The position numbers and the translations under genes are program-made. Under the pieces are notes generated by a model. It searched no databases and had not been told where the DNA came from. It was given only the letters and a program-made list of their open reading frames with translations. 57,117 nt of DNA, from positions 42,556 through 99,672 of the forward strand of contig JAQGDQ010002397.1 of the NCBI GenBank assembly GCA_030141605.1, given 5' to 3'. Source of the DNA: Tubiluchus corallicola (lineage: Eukaryota; Animalia; Priapulida). This document shows positions 19,038 to 29,092 of this stretch, piece after piece; positions within the stretch are counted from its first letter, which is position 1; each line of letters opens with the position of its first letter.

Positions 19038-20342
19038 ATGGATGAAGCGATTCTCGCTAGTTTTATTCTTTTTGGAGTGTTCTTTATTCTTCTGACCATT
19101 GGGGTGCCTATATCCATCAGTATTGCTGTGTCTTCCTTGCTCACAGTGCTTTCTATATTGCCAATTTCCCAGGCGGCTTTTATCTCAGCCCAGAAGGTGT
19201 TTTCAGGCCTGGACAGCTTTCCTTTGCTGGCGATCCCTTTCTTTGTGCTGTCCGGTAATATAATGAATCAGGGCGGTATTGCGGCAAGACTAATCAATCT
19301 AGCAAAGCTCATAGGGGGCAGGCTGGCTGGTTCTCTTGCACATACAAACGTTATCGCAAACATGCTATTTGGCTCCATATCAGGTTCATCAATCGCGGCA
19401 GCAGCAGCAGTTGGGGGCGCTATGGCTCCATTGCAAGAGAAGGAAGGTTATGATAAGTCCTTTTCCGCAGCAGTAAATATAGCTTCAGCTCCTGCCGGAA
19501 TTCTTATACCACCCAGCGGCCCGCTAATATTGTTTTCATTGGTAAGCGGAGGCACATCCGTTGCAGCGCTGTTTATTGGAGGATATGTCCCCGGCATTTT
19601 AATGGGTCTGTCCGTCATGTCTGTGGCATACATCATCGCAAAAAAACGCAAATACCCATTGAGCGAAAAGGTCAAGCTGTCTGAAGCCGCATTAATAGTG
19701 TGGCAGGCAATACCTAGCCTCTTATTGGTAATAATAGTTATCGGTGGTATCGTCATCGGCGTTTTTACCCCTACTGAAGGCGCATCGATTGCCGTTGTTT
19801 ACTCTTTTGTCCTGGCCTGTTGCTACAAAACCATTAAATTTTCAGAATATCCAAGCATACTTTTGCGATCAACTGTGATGAGCTCAATTATACTGTTTTT
19901 GATAGGAGCATCCGGTATCATGTCCTATTCCATGGCATATACGGGCATCCCAAACGCAATCAGCGAAGCTATACTTGAGATACCTAGCAAGGTGTTGGTA
20001 CTACTCCTTATAAACGTGATATTGCTGGTCATCGGAACGTTCATGGATTTGACGCCGGCGGTATTGATATTTACGCCTATCTTTCTCCCTATTGCCTTGG
20101 AGCTCGGTATGCATCCGGTGCATTTCGGTTTGATGATGATATTCAACCTTGGCATTGGGAACATGACCCCACCCGTGGGAAGTGTTTTGTTTATAGGGTG
20201 TAGTGTTGGACACGTTACGATAGAACAGGTAGCAAGGATGATATGGCCGTTCTTCTTGGTGCTCATAGCTGCCTTGATGCTCGTCGTATATTTCCCGATA
20301 TTAACCGTGGGGCTACCAACGCTGTTCGGTTTAATACACTAA
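19038..20342 (+). CDS. dctM: TRAP large permease
   Basis: LLAIPFF, GSISGSS, IPPS, TPTE, HFG, TPPVG. Confidence 0.95.
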   Translation: MDEAILASFILFGVFFILLTIGVPISISIAVSSLLTVLSILPISQAAFISAQKVFSGLDSFPLLAIPFFVLSGNIMNQGGIAARLINLAKLIGGRLAGSLAHTNVIANMLFGSISGSSIAAAAAVGGAMAPLQEKEGYDKSFSAAVNIASAPAGILIPPSGPLILFSLVSGGTSVAALFIGGYVPGILMGLSVMSVAYIIAKKRKYPLSEKVKLSEAALIVWQAIPSLLLVIIVIGGIVIGVFTPTEGASIAVVYSFVLACCYKTIKFSEYPSILLRSTVMSSIILFLIGASGIMSYSMAYTGIPNAISEAILEIPSKVLVLLLINVILLVIGTFMDLTPAVLIFTPIFLPIALELGMHPVHFGLMMIFNLGIGNMTPPVGSVLFIGCSVGHVTIEQVARMIWPFFLVLIAALMLVVYFPILTVGLPTLFGLIH

Positions 20343-20584
20343 CTACTACGTAGCTACGCTGGCCCTTATCCCGTGTTTTAATCTATAGGGCCGGCGGCAT
20401 TTATTAGCCACCACACATGCTTAGGGAGGAGTTAGTTTCTAGTTTCTAGTTGTTGTGTGGAGGTGTGTGCGGGTATCCGCTTCGCATAAAGGTGCTGCTT
20501 TTTAAGTTAGCGTCTATTTCGTAAAATGGGCATGCGGAAAGGATAAATGCAATTGTAACAAATATTACAGGTTAAGGAGTTTTT

Positions 20585-23074
20585 ATGCTGGTATCTAAAA
20601 ATGTAAAAGGCGTGAGTAAAGAAGATGGTTTTTACTCTATAGAGACCGATGGGGCAAAAGTTCGGGTATATTTTTTAACTGACGATATTGTTCGCTTTAG
20701 GGCTTCCTTTGATGGAAACTTTGAAGAGGAATCCTATATACTGACGATGACTGCATGGGAAGATAAATTTGATGATTTCTTGGGCAAAGACCGAAGCAGG
20801 GTTGTTCCGGTATCCCCTTCCATGACGGAGGATTCTGAAAAAATTTCATTTGAAACGGCCACCATGAAGGTGGTTATCACAAAATCTCCGTATAGTGTGG
20901 AGATATACAATGACAAGGGGGACAAAGTTTATTCTGATCTCCCAAACCGCGCTTACGTCAAGGATCATTTAGGTCAAATATACCATTATAGCAAGATGAA
21001 TGAAGATGACTGTTATTACGGTTTTGGCGAGCAAACAGGCAGTTTAAACAAAAGGGGGCTATACTTCAGACTTTCTCCGAAGGACGCCATCGGTTATGAT
21101 GCAGAATTAACCAATCCTCTGTACAAGCACATTCCATTTTATATACGTCTGTCTAAGGCGAGTGGTCATGCTCTTGGAGTGTTTTATCACAACAGTTTTG
21201 AATCGACATTCTGTATAGGCGCAGAAAATAGCGGCTACTGGCATCCTTACAGCTATTTTTCTGCAGACGGTGGAGACCTTGACATGTTCTTCATCAACGG
21301 TCCGGATATGAAGAACGTTGTAAAAAGATACACCGACTTGACGGGCAAGACTGCAATGCCGCCGATGTATTCTCTGGGTTATCTAGGCTCCACCATGTAC
21401 TACGGGGAATTGCCAAAAGATTGCGATCAGGAGATAGTGGGCTTTGTGGACAAATGTAGGGCAGAAGACATACCTGTGGATAGTTTTCAGCTATCATCCG
21501 GCTACACTGTGGGTGAGCACAACAGAAGATATGTGTTTACCTGGAATGAGAAGCGTTTCCCAAATCCGGTCAAATTCTTTTCTGACATGGAGAAACGCGG
21601 CGTCTTGATGTCTCCGAACGTAAAACCGGGTATTTTACTGGATCACCCATATTACGATGACTTCTCGAAGGTGGGAGGATTTATAAAGGAAAGCAATGGG
21701 GAAAAACCCTATGTTGATAGCTGGTGGGGCGGACTGGGATCATTCGTTGACTTCAGCAATCCCGCCGGTAGAAAGGTATGGAAAGATTTCCTAGTAAGCA
21801 GCCTGACATCTAAGGGCGCAAAATCCATCTGGAATGATAATTGTGAGTTTGAGATAAACGATCGCTCGGCAGTCTGTGACGCAGACGGGGCAAAACGCAG
21901 TGCCGGTATGATGAAGGGCATTCAGCCAAACCTGATGGCGCATATTGCCCATGAAGCGCTGAAAGAGACACATCCTGAGGTGCGTCCGTATGTAATAAAT
22001 CGCTCAGGCTATGCAGGCATCCAGCGTTACGCTCAAACTTGGGCTGGGGACAACTACACATCTTGGAAATCATTGAAATACAACATTGCAACGGTTCTGG
22101 GCATGGGTCTTTCCGGCGTTGCAAATCAGGGATGCGATATTGGCGGCTTTGCGGGACCATCCCCTAGTGCAGAGCTCCTCATAAGGTGGGTACAGAATGG
22201 AATATTCCAACCGAGATTTTCCATCCACTCATGCAATACAAACAATACCGTCACAGAACCATGGATGTATGGAGAAGAGTGCACAGACCTAATACGGGAA
22301 GCCATATATTTGAGATATGCTCTTATCCCATACTACTACTCTTTAGTGCACGAAGCGAGCACGATAGGTTCTCCTATCATGCGTCCTATGGTTTATGAAT
22401 TTCAGAATGACGAGAAATGCTGTGACGAAAGTGTGACCTTCATGCTGGGAAGCTCTATTCTGGTTGCAAATGTAGTAGAGGAAGGGGCTGAATCTATAGA
22501 TGTTTACTTGCCCGCAGGCTCAATCTGGTACGACTGGTACACCCACGAAAAGTTTGAAGGCGGACAGACTATTACCATACCCGTAGCGATCGATAGCATA
22601 CCGATGTTTATCCGTGAGGGGGCAATCATACCTATGGCCGAGAATATCTCCAGCCTGTATCTGGATGAAATATCTGCGTTAAATATACTGGTGGTACCGG
22701 GAGAAAAGTCCAGCTTCACCCTTTATGAGGACGATGGAAAGAGCAACAAATACCTGAATGACGACTATCTAAGAACAGACATTCAAATGACCTCAGATAG
22801 TCAGGTCAAGATACTGTTCAAGAAAGACGGTATGTTTGATACAAAGGTAGAGAAGATTGTTCTAGATGTTTTGAACGATGAAAAGGGAGCTTTTTGGGTC
22901 ACCGTCAACGGAAAAGAGATCCCGCAATACTTACACAGAGAAAAATGGGAAGACGCAGACTTTGGCTGGATGTACGATCCTTCGCTAAACTCTGTAAGGG
23001 TAAAATATGACAATATCGACGATGAATATGAGGTGGTTGTCAGCTTTGATAAGTTTGATTTAATAGGGATGTAG
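20585..23074 (+). CDS. Glycoside hydrolase family 31 (alpha-glycosidase), no signal peptide
   Basis: LYKHIPF, IWNDNCE (nucleophile), QTWAGDN (acid/base), GCDIGGF, PIMRP, YEDDG. Confidence 0.93.
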   Translation: MLVSKNVKGVSKEDGFYSIETDGAKVRVYFLTDDIVRFRASFDGNFEEESYILTMTAWEDKFDDFLGKDRSRVVPVSPSMTEDSEKISFETATMKVVITKSPYSVEIYNDKGDKVYSDLPNRAYVKDHLGQIYHYSKMNEDDCYYGFGEQTGSLNKRGLYFRLSPKDAIGYDAELTNPLYKHIPFYIRLSKASGHALGVFYHNSFESTFCIGAENSGYWHPYSYFSADGGDLDMFFINGPDMKNVVKRYTDLTGKTAMPPMYSLGYLGSTMYYGELPKDCDQEIVGFVDKCRAEDIPVDSFQLSSGYTVGEHNRRYVFTWNEKRFPNPVKFFSDMEKRGVLMSPNVKPGILLDHPYYDDFSKVGGFIKESNGEKPYVDSWWGGLGSFVDFSNPAGRKVWKDFLVSSLTSKGAKSIWNDNCEFEINDRSAVCDADGAKRSAGMMKGIQPNLMAHIAHEALKETHPEVRPYVINRSGYAGIQRYAQTWAGDNYTSWKSLKYNIATVLGMGLSGVANQGCDIGGFAGPSPSAELLIRWVQNGIFQPRFSIHSCNTNNTVTEPWMYGEECTDLIREAIYLRYALIPYYYSLVHEASTIGSPIMRPMVYEFQNDEKCCDESVTFMLGSSILVANVVEEGAESIDVYLPAGSIWYDWYTHEKFEGGQTITIPVAIDSIPMFIREGAIIPMAENISSLYLDEISALNILVVPGEKSSFTLYEDDGKSNKYLNDDYLRTDIQMTSDSQVKILFKKDGMFDTKVEKIVLDVLNDEKGAFWVTVNGKEIPQYLHREKWEDADFGWMYDPSLNSVRVKYDNIDDEYEVVVSFDKFDLIGM

Positions 23075-23099
23075 GGGCTTCTAACCGCACTGTTCTTTT

Positions 23100-23127
23100 A
23101 GAGCCGGGGGATACCCGGCTCTTTTTT
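23100..23127 (+). terminator. Intrinsic terminator after GH31
   Basis: AGAGCCGGG-ggata-CCCGGCTCT-TTTTT. Confidence 0.8.
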
Positions 23128-23141
23128 CATGTTTAAAAATG

Positions 23142-24285
23142 CTATCTCTTATAGACAGATTTGCCTTTTAGGATAGTTTCTTCGACAGTTATTTTGCCGT
23201 TATTTAAGTGAAAAACTACTAAATTGGCTACGGCTCCTACCTTCATTTCACCATTTGCAGGCAAGTTGAGATATTTTGCAGGAGCGCTACTTCCCATACT
23301 CCATGCTCTTTTCAGGTCGCAAAGGGACAATTTCAATAGATGCTCAACTCCAAAAAGCAGAGATTTGGCAGAACCTGCCAAAAGATTCTCATCACTTGCC
23401 AAGTGCAACTTACCGCTATCAGTCAAGACGACATCTCCGCCAATATGAGTTTTGTATCTTCCAGAAGTCATTCCTCCAAACTTGGTAACGTCGCTAACGA
23501 GGATAGATTTACACCCTTTACTTTCATAAATATTTTTAAAATATGTTCCGGCAGATGAAACCCGTCCGCGATCATGCAGCACCAGAGGTCATCTTCCGCA
23601 ATTGCTGCAAAATGGGGTTGTTGTGGCGGTGCATCTGCAGGTAACACCCATTGCCCAAGTGGGTCGAAGATGTTGCGCCCGAGCGAACAGCTCCCCTTAT
23701 CTGTTCCACCGTGGCAGCAGAGTGACCAATAGCAACACGTACCCCAATCTTAGCGCATTCAGCTATAAATGCAGAAGAGCCTTCCCACTCCGGCGACACC
23801 GTAACTATCTTTATCATGCCACCTGCCATGTCTTGCCACTTCTTCAAAAGCTCAATATCGGGCTTGATCGCATGTTCCTTCGGATGAGCGCCACGTGGAC
23901 CATCTAAGGGGCTAATGAATGGCCCTTCCAAATGATAGCCAATAAACGTGTCTTTTAAAATTTCAGATCTTGCGACAGCTCTGTTGAAGCCAGATATCAA
24001 ATCTTCAATATTTGTGAAAGCGTTAGTAATAAACGTGGGCAAAAAACCGGTAACCCCGACAGAATGAAGCGCAGAAGTACTTTGCAAAAGTTCATCTTCC
24101 AAAAGCGGCAAACGGTTGTAATCGACACCGCAATACCCATTCACCTGCATATCTATGAGGCCGGGAGCAATCGACGGCAAATCTTCCATTTCCCCCCCAA
24201 TCTCCACAATATCTCTTATAACTCCATCATCCACAGATACCTGAACAGGAATGCCGTTGAGATCCTTGGCACTTATCGACAACAC
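23142..24285 (-). pseudogene. nagA: N-acetylglucosamine-6-phosphate deacetylase-like amidohydrolase with two frameshifts
   Basis: PGLIDMQVNG, HLEGPFIS....GAH, GHS, THLGNG, then frameshifted IADGFH, ILVSD, LAGS. Shifts are near 23598 and 23515. Confidence 0.85.
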
Positions 24286-24452
24286 AAAATCGCCTCCCAT
24301 TTTAAAATTGAAAACACATCTATGAGTATATATCACTCCAAAACAATAGCCAAGTCTTTAAATCGGATCGATTTTTGGTTTATTTGAGCTGTAGACAAAC
24401 GTTCTAAATTAAATTAACATGCGGGAGTGTCGATGTAGCTCGGAGGTGTGTT

Positions 24453-24953
24453 ATGTTTATCAGACAGGAGAAGCCAGGTGATCACAAGGCGGTATACTCG
24501 TTAAACGAGACGACATTCGAGCAGAAGGATGAAGCCGTCCTGGTAGACAAGATACGTAAAGGAGAAAACTTCGTACCGGAACTATCCCTGATTGCGGAGT
24601 TAGATGATCAGGTAGTTGGGCATATACTGTTTTCAAAGATAAAGGTCAAAGGGGCGGAAGAATATGAAACCCTAGCCCTTGCACCCATGGCGGTATTGCC
24701 AGGATATCAAAAGATCGGTATTGGAGGGATGCTAGTCAACAGAGGGCTTGAAATTGCAAAAAAGCTTGGATTTGGTTCAGTCATCGTATTGGGACACGAA
24801 GGATATTATCCAAAATTCGGATTTACAAAAGCATCAAACTGGGATGTCCTATGTCCATTTGAGGTGCCTGACGAAGCATTTATGGCAATCGAACTGACAG
24901 AGGGCGCACTGCGGAGCGGAACCGTCGAGTATCCAGAAGAGTTCGGAAGCTGA
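24453..24953 (+). CDS. GNAT N-acetyltransferase (YhbS-like)
   Basis: VVGHILFS, LAPMAVLPGYQKIGIG, VLGHEGYYPKFGF. Confidence 0.9.
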   Translation: MFIRQEKPGDHKAVYSLNETTFEQKDEAVLVDKIRKGENFVPELSLIAELDDQVVGHILFSKIKVKGAEEYETLALAPMAVLPGYQKIGIGGMLVNRGLEIAKKLGFGSVIVLGHEGYYPKFGFTKASNWDVLCPFEVPDEAFMAIELTEGALRSGTVEYPEEFGS

Positions 24954-25298
24954 TTTGCACACAACCACTACTCAAGCCCTTATGGGCACAACGCACGTGC
25001 ATTGGAATGTTATCTTTTACTCGACCTCCACCAAAAGGATGCTTACCACGTTAGTCGCCTTCCCGCCGTCATCTTCACGATAGGGAGCAATACACTGCAA
25101 TACAGAAGCAAAGCCAGTCCACCATCCTTTACCAAAAATCCGATGAACTTGCCACTTATGACAGCTTTTTAGCCGCGGTGGATCCCAAGTTTAGCTTAAC
25201 TGGCAATATTCATATTCCGTTTGCGGCGTGGTTTTCACTGTTAAAGAAGTGCACATACACCAACCAGTTTCATGGGCTATCAAGAGCACTTAAAAAAA

Positions 25299-26765
25299 TT
25301 AATCGCTTAGGTTCGAACTCCAAGGAACCAGGGGCAGGATGCTTATTTTGCCCTCTTTATTTGAATAGCAGGCCTGATAAAAATGAACTCCTTCCACCTT
25401 TTCTCTCTTGCATCTGTTGTAAACAGCCTTTATAACCCTTAATTTACTCTCTTCAGATACCTTCATGCCGAATATAATAGCATCAAGATCCTTGAAGTCG
25501 TATCGAAAGAATGCGTCTTCCTCGTCAAATCTTCCCCGCATTTTCCCTAAGGTTAATTGCCGCTCATCACCAAGGCCGCATCTCTTATGTGCCACCTCAT
25601 CAATATTCAGATATACAGTCTCCAGATATTCCTGTCTTTGGTTCTCTTTCTGTTTGATAACATCCAAAACGAGAGGACTAATCTCTCCGCCTTCGTTATA
25701 GTACCAGTCTTTAACAAAGGTGTTCGATGCCCTCAATCCTATCGAACGAAAAAAATCTACCGGCCCCCCACTCAGAGCTGCAAGATGTCTCTGCTCCAAC
25801 AGCTGCTTCTTATACTTCATTTTGTAGTACGGGCGCAATTCATCTTCACAATCTTCCATCTTCTCTCCGCCCTCATTGATAATGGTTCTCAAGTTTACTG
25901 CCTTCTCTCTATCTCCACCAGTCTTAAACTTCAAACACATACCCGCATGTCCGCCGCCGTATTGACTCCATAACGCAGAATCGTCAACCCTGCCCGCAAA
26001 ACATGCCTCGTACCAAGGCGAGTATATCAAACTTTCAAGCTGCTCGATGTACGCTTCGGGAAACTCAACAAAATAGAATCTATCCTTATTATTTTTCTCA
26101 TTATCAGAAAATAGATCTGTCAACTCCGTCTGCATGCTCTCTCTATAAAACTTTTCAAACTCTTCATCCGCAATATTCTCAATGTCAGGAAAATTTGCGT
26201 ACGTTGCCATGATGGAGTCTATGGATTTCTTCAGGTATTCTTCACCACGGCGAAGACGCTCGGTGACTTTTTCCAAATCCTCTTCATGAGATGTGAGGAT
26301 TTCGCTAACTCCAGCGATCAAAGAGCAACTGTAGGCATGAACCTCTCTCAGGCAATAAAACAGTTCGTACTTCCTCACCTCTCCCCGCTTTGACAACACA
26401 TCGATCAGTTGTTGTATCCCTTCATTACCGAGAAACTGCCTGAGAAATTCTGCAGAGATCGTTTTATAAGTGGAGTCGGGAATTTTCGAAAATGTCATGG
26501 AAACATTTATGTCGCTGCCGCTAAAGTGAAAATCTTCATTACACACCTTCAGCAGCGTATCAATCCTTTGGAAGCAGAGCAGATAGTTTTTGAACAGATT
26601 AGTCCACAGTGTCTTATCCCCTTTCCAGTAAATGTCTTTTGTGCGTTCTAGCCGCTCTCTCGACGTTTCGGAAAAAGAAAAGTTAATCTCTCTGCTCCCT
26701 AATTCATCATACTGGAATAAATTCGCTATGGGTCTAAACTTGTACAGATACTCACTCATCAACAC
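25299..26765 (-). CDS. DUF2971-domain protein
   Basis: N-terminal LYKFR; ACF.....SALWSQYGGGHAGMCLKF; IIFG near the C-terminus. Confidence 0.75.
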   Translation of the reverse strand: MLMSEYLYKFRPIANLFQYDELGSREINFSFSETSRERLERTKDIYWKGDKTLWTNLFKNYLLCFQRIDTLLKVCNEDFHFSGSDINVSMTFSKIPDSTYKTISAEFLRQFLGNEGIQQLIDVLSKRGEVRKYELFYCLREVHAYSCSLIAGVSEILTSHEEDLEKVTERLRRGEEYLKKSIDSIMATYANFPDIENIADEEFEKFYRESMQTELTDLFSDNEKNNKDRFYFVEFPEAYIEQLESLIYSPWYEACFAGRVDDSALWSQYGGGHAGMCLKFKTGGDREKAVNLRTIINEGGEKMEDCEDELRPYYKMKYKKQLLEQRHLAALSGGPVDFFRSIGLRASNTFVKDWYYNEGGEISPLVLDVIKQKENQRQEYLETVYLNIDEVAHKRCGLGDERQLTLGKMRGRFDEEDAFFRYDFKDLDAIIFGMKVSEESKLRVIKAVYNRCKREKVEGVHFYQACYSNKEGKISILPLVPWSSNLSD

Positions 26766-26979
26766 CCTCCTTCAATGTATATTATAAAGGATTTATGACC
26801 TTTTCTCACACAATATTTTTGAAATTCAGAATAATACACTGATCACTCACAAGCTTTGATATAAAATAGCTTCAAATGTATAGGTATTTTGGATAGAATA
26901 CATTGTACTATGTGTGGCTTGCCATAATAGTTCAGTGGATTATCGGTGTCTGTTAACGCATTCGATTTTTGGAGGGCTA

Positions 26980-27957
26980 ATGAAAGCTATTACATTCAAT
27001 CCCAGCAGTGACGCCTTTGCGCTTGCAGAGGTTCCCATCCCGGTACCTGGGCCTGAGGATGTTCTTATCAGGGTAGAAGCTTGCGGACTCAATCCGGTGG
27101 ATGCAAAAATTATCTATTGGAAAGGCATGGTGCCTGAAATGGGCAGCAACTGGGTGCCAGGGCTTGATGTTTCGGGCAGGATAGAGGCCCTTGGGCAAAA
27201 TGTGTCCAATTGGAAAGTGGGCGACAGAGTGCTTTATCATGGCAATATGTTTCGTCCCCACGGGGGATTTGCAGAATACGCCATACACCGGGCAGCAACC
27301 TTGGTTTCGCATCCTGATTTGCCATCAACTGATGCTGCAGCTACCCCTTGTGCCGGCTGGACAGCTTGGCGGGCACTGAAGGACAAGCTGAAGATAACGC
27401 CAAAAGACACAATACTGATAGGCGGCGGCTCCGGAGGGGTGGGAGGATTTGCTGTACAGATTGCAAAAGAGTTCGGATTGAGCACAATCATCGCCACATC
27501 TTCTGCAAAGAACCACAACTACGTAAAACAGTTTGGAGCCACCCATCTCATCGATTATCACAACGTTGACATCGTTTCCAAAGTCATGGAGATTACCGAC
27601 AACTGCGGAGTTTCTCACGCTCTTGACACCATAGGGGCAAACAGCGACATACCTATCGCAAACTCTCTATCTTTTGAAGGGGAAATGGTTGAAATAGTTA
27701 CCGTTGTGCAGCCTGAGAGATATGACAATTCATTTGCAAAGGGGTTGACGTTTCATCAGCTGGCCCTAGGTGGTGCTCACGCTCGCACGGATACAGAGCA
27801 TCTCATCTTGCAAGCAGGCATAGGCTTTACAAAACTGCTTGAACAAAAAAGGATCAAAATCCCAGAAAAAAGGGTAATATCGATGGACGAAGTACCGACA
27901 GTCTTGCCCGATATCCTAAAAGGTAGAACAGTTGGTAAAATCGTAATGAAGATATGA
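26980..27957 (+). CDS. Medium-chain dehydrogenase/reductase (quinone oxidoreductase-like)
   Basis: GLNPVD, PGLDVSG, GGFAEY, GGSGGVGGFAVQIAK, GKIV. Confidence 0.9.
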   Translation: MKAITFNPSSDAFALAEVPIPVPGPEDVLIRVEACGLNPVDAKIIYWKGMVPEMGSNWVPGLDVSGRIEALGQNVSNWKVGDRVLYHGNMFRPHGGFAEYAIHRAATLVSHPDLPSTDAAATPCAGWTAWRALKDKLKITPKDTILIGGGSGGVGGFAVQIAKEFGLSTIIATSSAKNHNYVKQFGATHLIDYHNVDIVSKVMEITDNCGVSHALDTIGANSDIPIANSLSFEGEMVEIVTVVQPERYDNSFAKGLTFHQLALGGAHARTDTEHLILQAGIGFTKLLEQKRIKIPEKRVISMDEVPTVLPDILKGRTVGKIVMKI

Positions 27958-28151
27958 CCATACCTCATAATAACACGCCCTAAGATGGAAACATTTTCTT
28001 AGGCTTATAGCTCCATTTACAGGTATTTCAGGTCATGGGGGCAACTCACTCAACTCCCCTTTTTTGCGTATCGTTTTAGCATTTTTTAGCTGATTGCAAG
28101 GCATCGCATGAATTGAAAGCCGACCGGCCTCCACTACCATCTGCCACATTC

Positions 28152-28988
28152 TCAAACTTCACCAAACCAGTCTTTGTCAATCTTGACCCTCTCTACCTGC
28201 TCCACAGATAGCCCCAGCCTCAGATCTTTTAACCTTTCAGCGAGCTCAATCCCGTCTATCAGATCTATTGCAGGAGCCCCATCTCTCTGTGCTTCTGCCT
28301 TGGCATCCCTCGTGAATGACGATGTGGTGATGAGAATTCCTTTGTCAACACGCCCCATCGTAGCACCCCGAAAGTCCCGAATAACGGAAGCAGACACGGA
28401 AGACGTGTACCTCTTGCACTGAAACGCCACATGAAAAGATACGACGCCGCCAAGCCTTATCGTGCCAACGCCGTCAATCCCACCGTCACCAGACTTCCCC
28501 GTAACCTCCACATTAGAAAAGCCCAGCTCACGCAAAAGCCTCTGGCTCAATCTCTCAAATGCATCAGGCTTCATGGATTTCAGCACAGCTGCCAACTCTT
28601 CTTCCCAACTTATCTTTTCTTTCGAAGGGATGTCGCCATCCTTATCCGTGTTCGCTTTTGCGGCCCCTTTCCAATGATTGATAATGGAGGAAGCCAAATC
28701 CCTGTTAACCTCTTTCGTCTTTTTCCCCTGAGCAGTCAGTGCCCACACTCCCCTGCTGGAGCTTTCTATTAATCCGTACACCTTCAAGAAGCTTTTCGCC
28801 CACGCATTTCTATAAGATAGTTTGGTACGACCCCCACGATGCATATCCTCAACCTCTTCATGCGACAATTGAAGAAGTTCTGCTACCTTCTCTTCAATCT
28901 CAGAATTTGTAGCGGATCCTCCCAGCATGTGAATAGCCTTCATCACCGAATCAAATAGCTCATCAGACTTATATTTAAAAGCGGACAT
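28152..28988 (-). CDS. mrr: Mrr-family type IV restriction endonuclease
   Basis: Mrr_N winged helix (LGGSA...WAKSFLK..GLIE...GVW) and catalytic FE.L...DGGIDG...FQCKRY...ITTS.FT. Confidence 0.92.
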   Translation of the reverse strand: MSAFKYKSDELFDSVMKAIHMLGGSATNSEIEEKVAELLQLSHEEVEDMHRGGRTKLSYRNAWAKSFLKVYGLIESSSRGVWALTAQGKKTKEVNRDLASSIINHWKGAAKANTDKDGDIPSKEKISWEEELAAVLKSMKPDAFERLSQRLLRELGFSNVEVTGKSGDGGIDGVGTIRLGGVVSFHVAFQCKRYTSSVSASVIRDFRGATMGRVDKGILITTSSFTRDAKAEAQRDGAPAIDLIDGIELAERLKDLRLGLSVEQVERVKIDKDWFGEV

Positions 28989-29092
28989 GGCGTACCTCAT
29001 AAATTGAAATAAATTTCCATTAGCATAAACCGTAGAAAAGCACTTAATCTACCCTCTGCCCTAAAACAGAGCTGGTATTACCACTCCTTAAG

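Noticed and set aside
20345-20470. TAGTTTC micro-repeat and CCACACA/TGTGTGG pairing between dctM and GH31
   Set aside because: Short and low-complexity; could arise by chance
20585-23074. GH31 as a sulfoquinovosidase
   Set aside because: The nucleophile motif is WNDNCE rather than the YihQ-type MADFGE, and no sulfoglycolysis genes are adjacent
25015-25140. Minus-strand fragment KDGGTGFASVLQCIAPYREDDGGKATNVVSI resembling a PAC motif
   Set aside because: Too short and degenerate to call without a profile search
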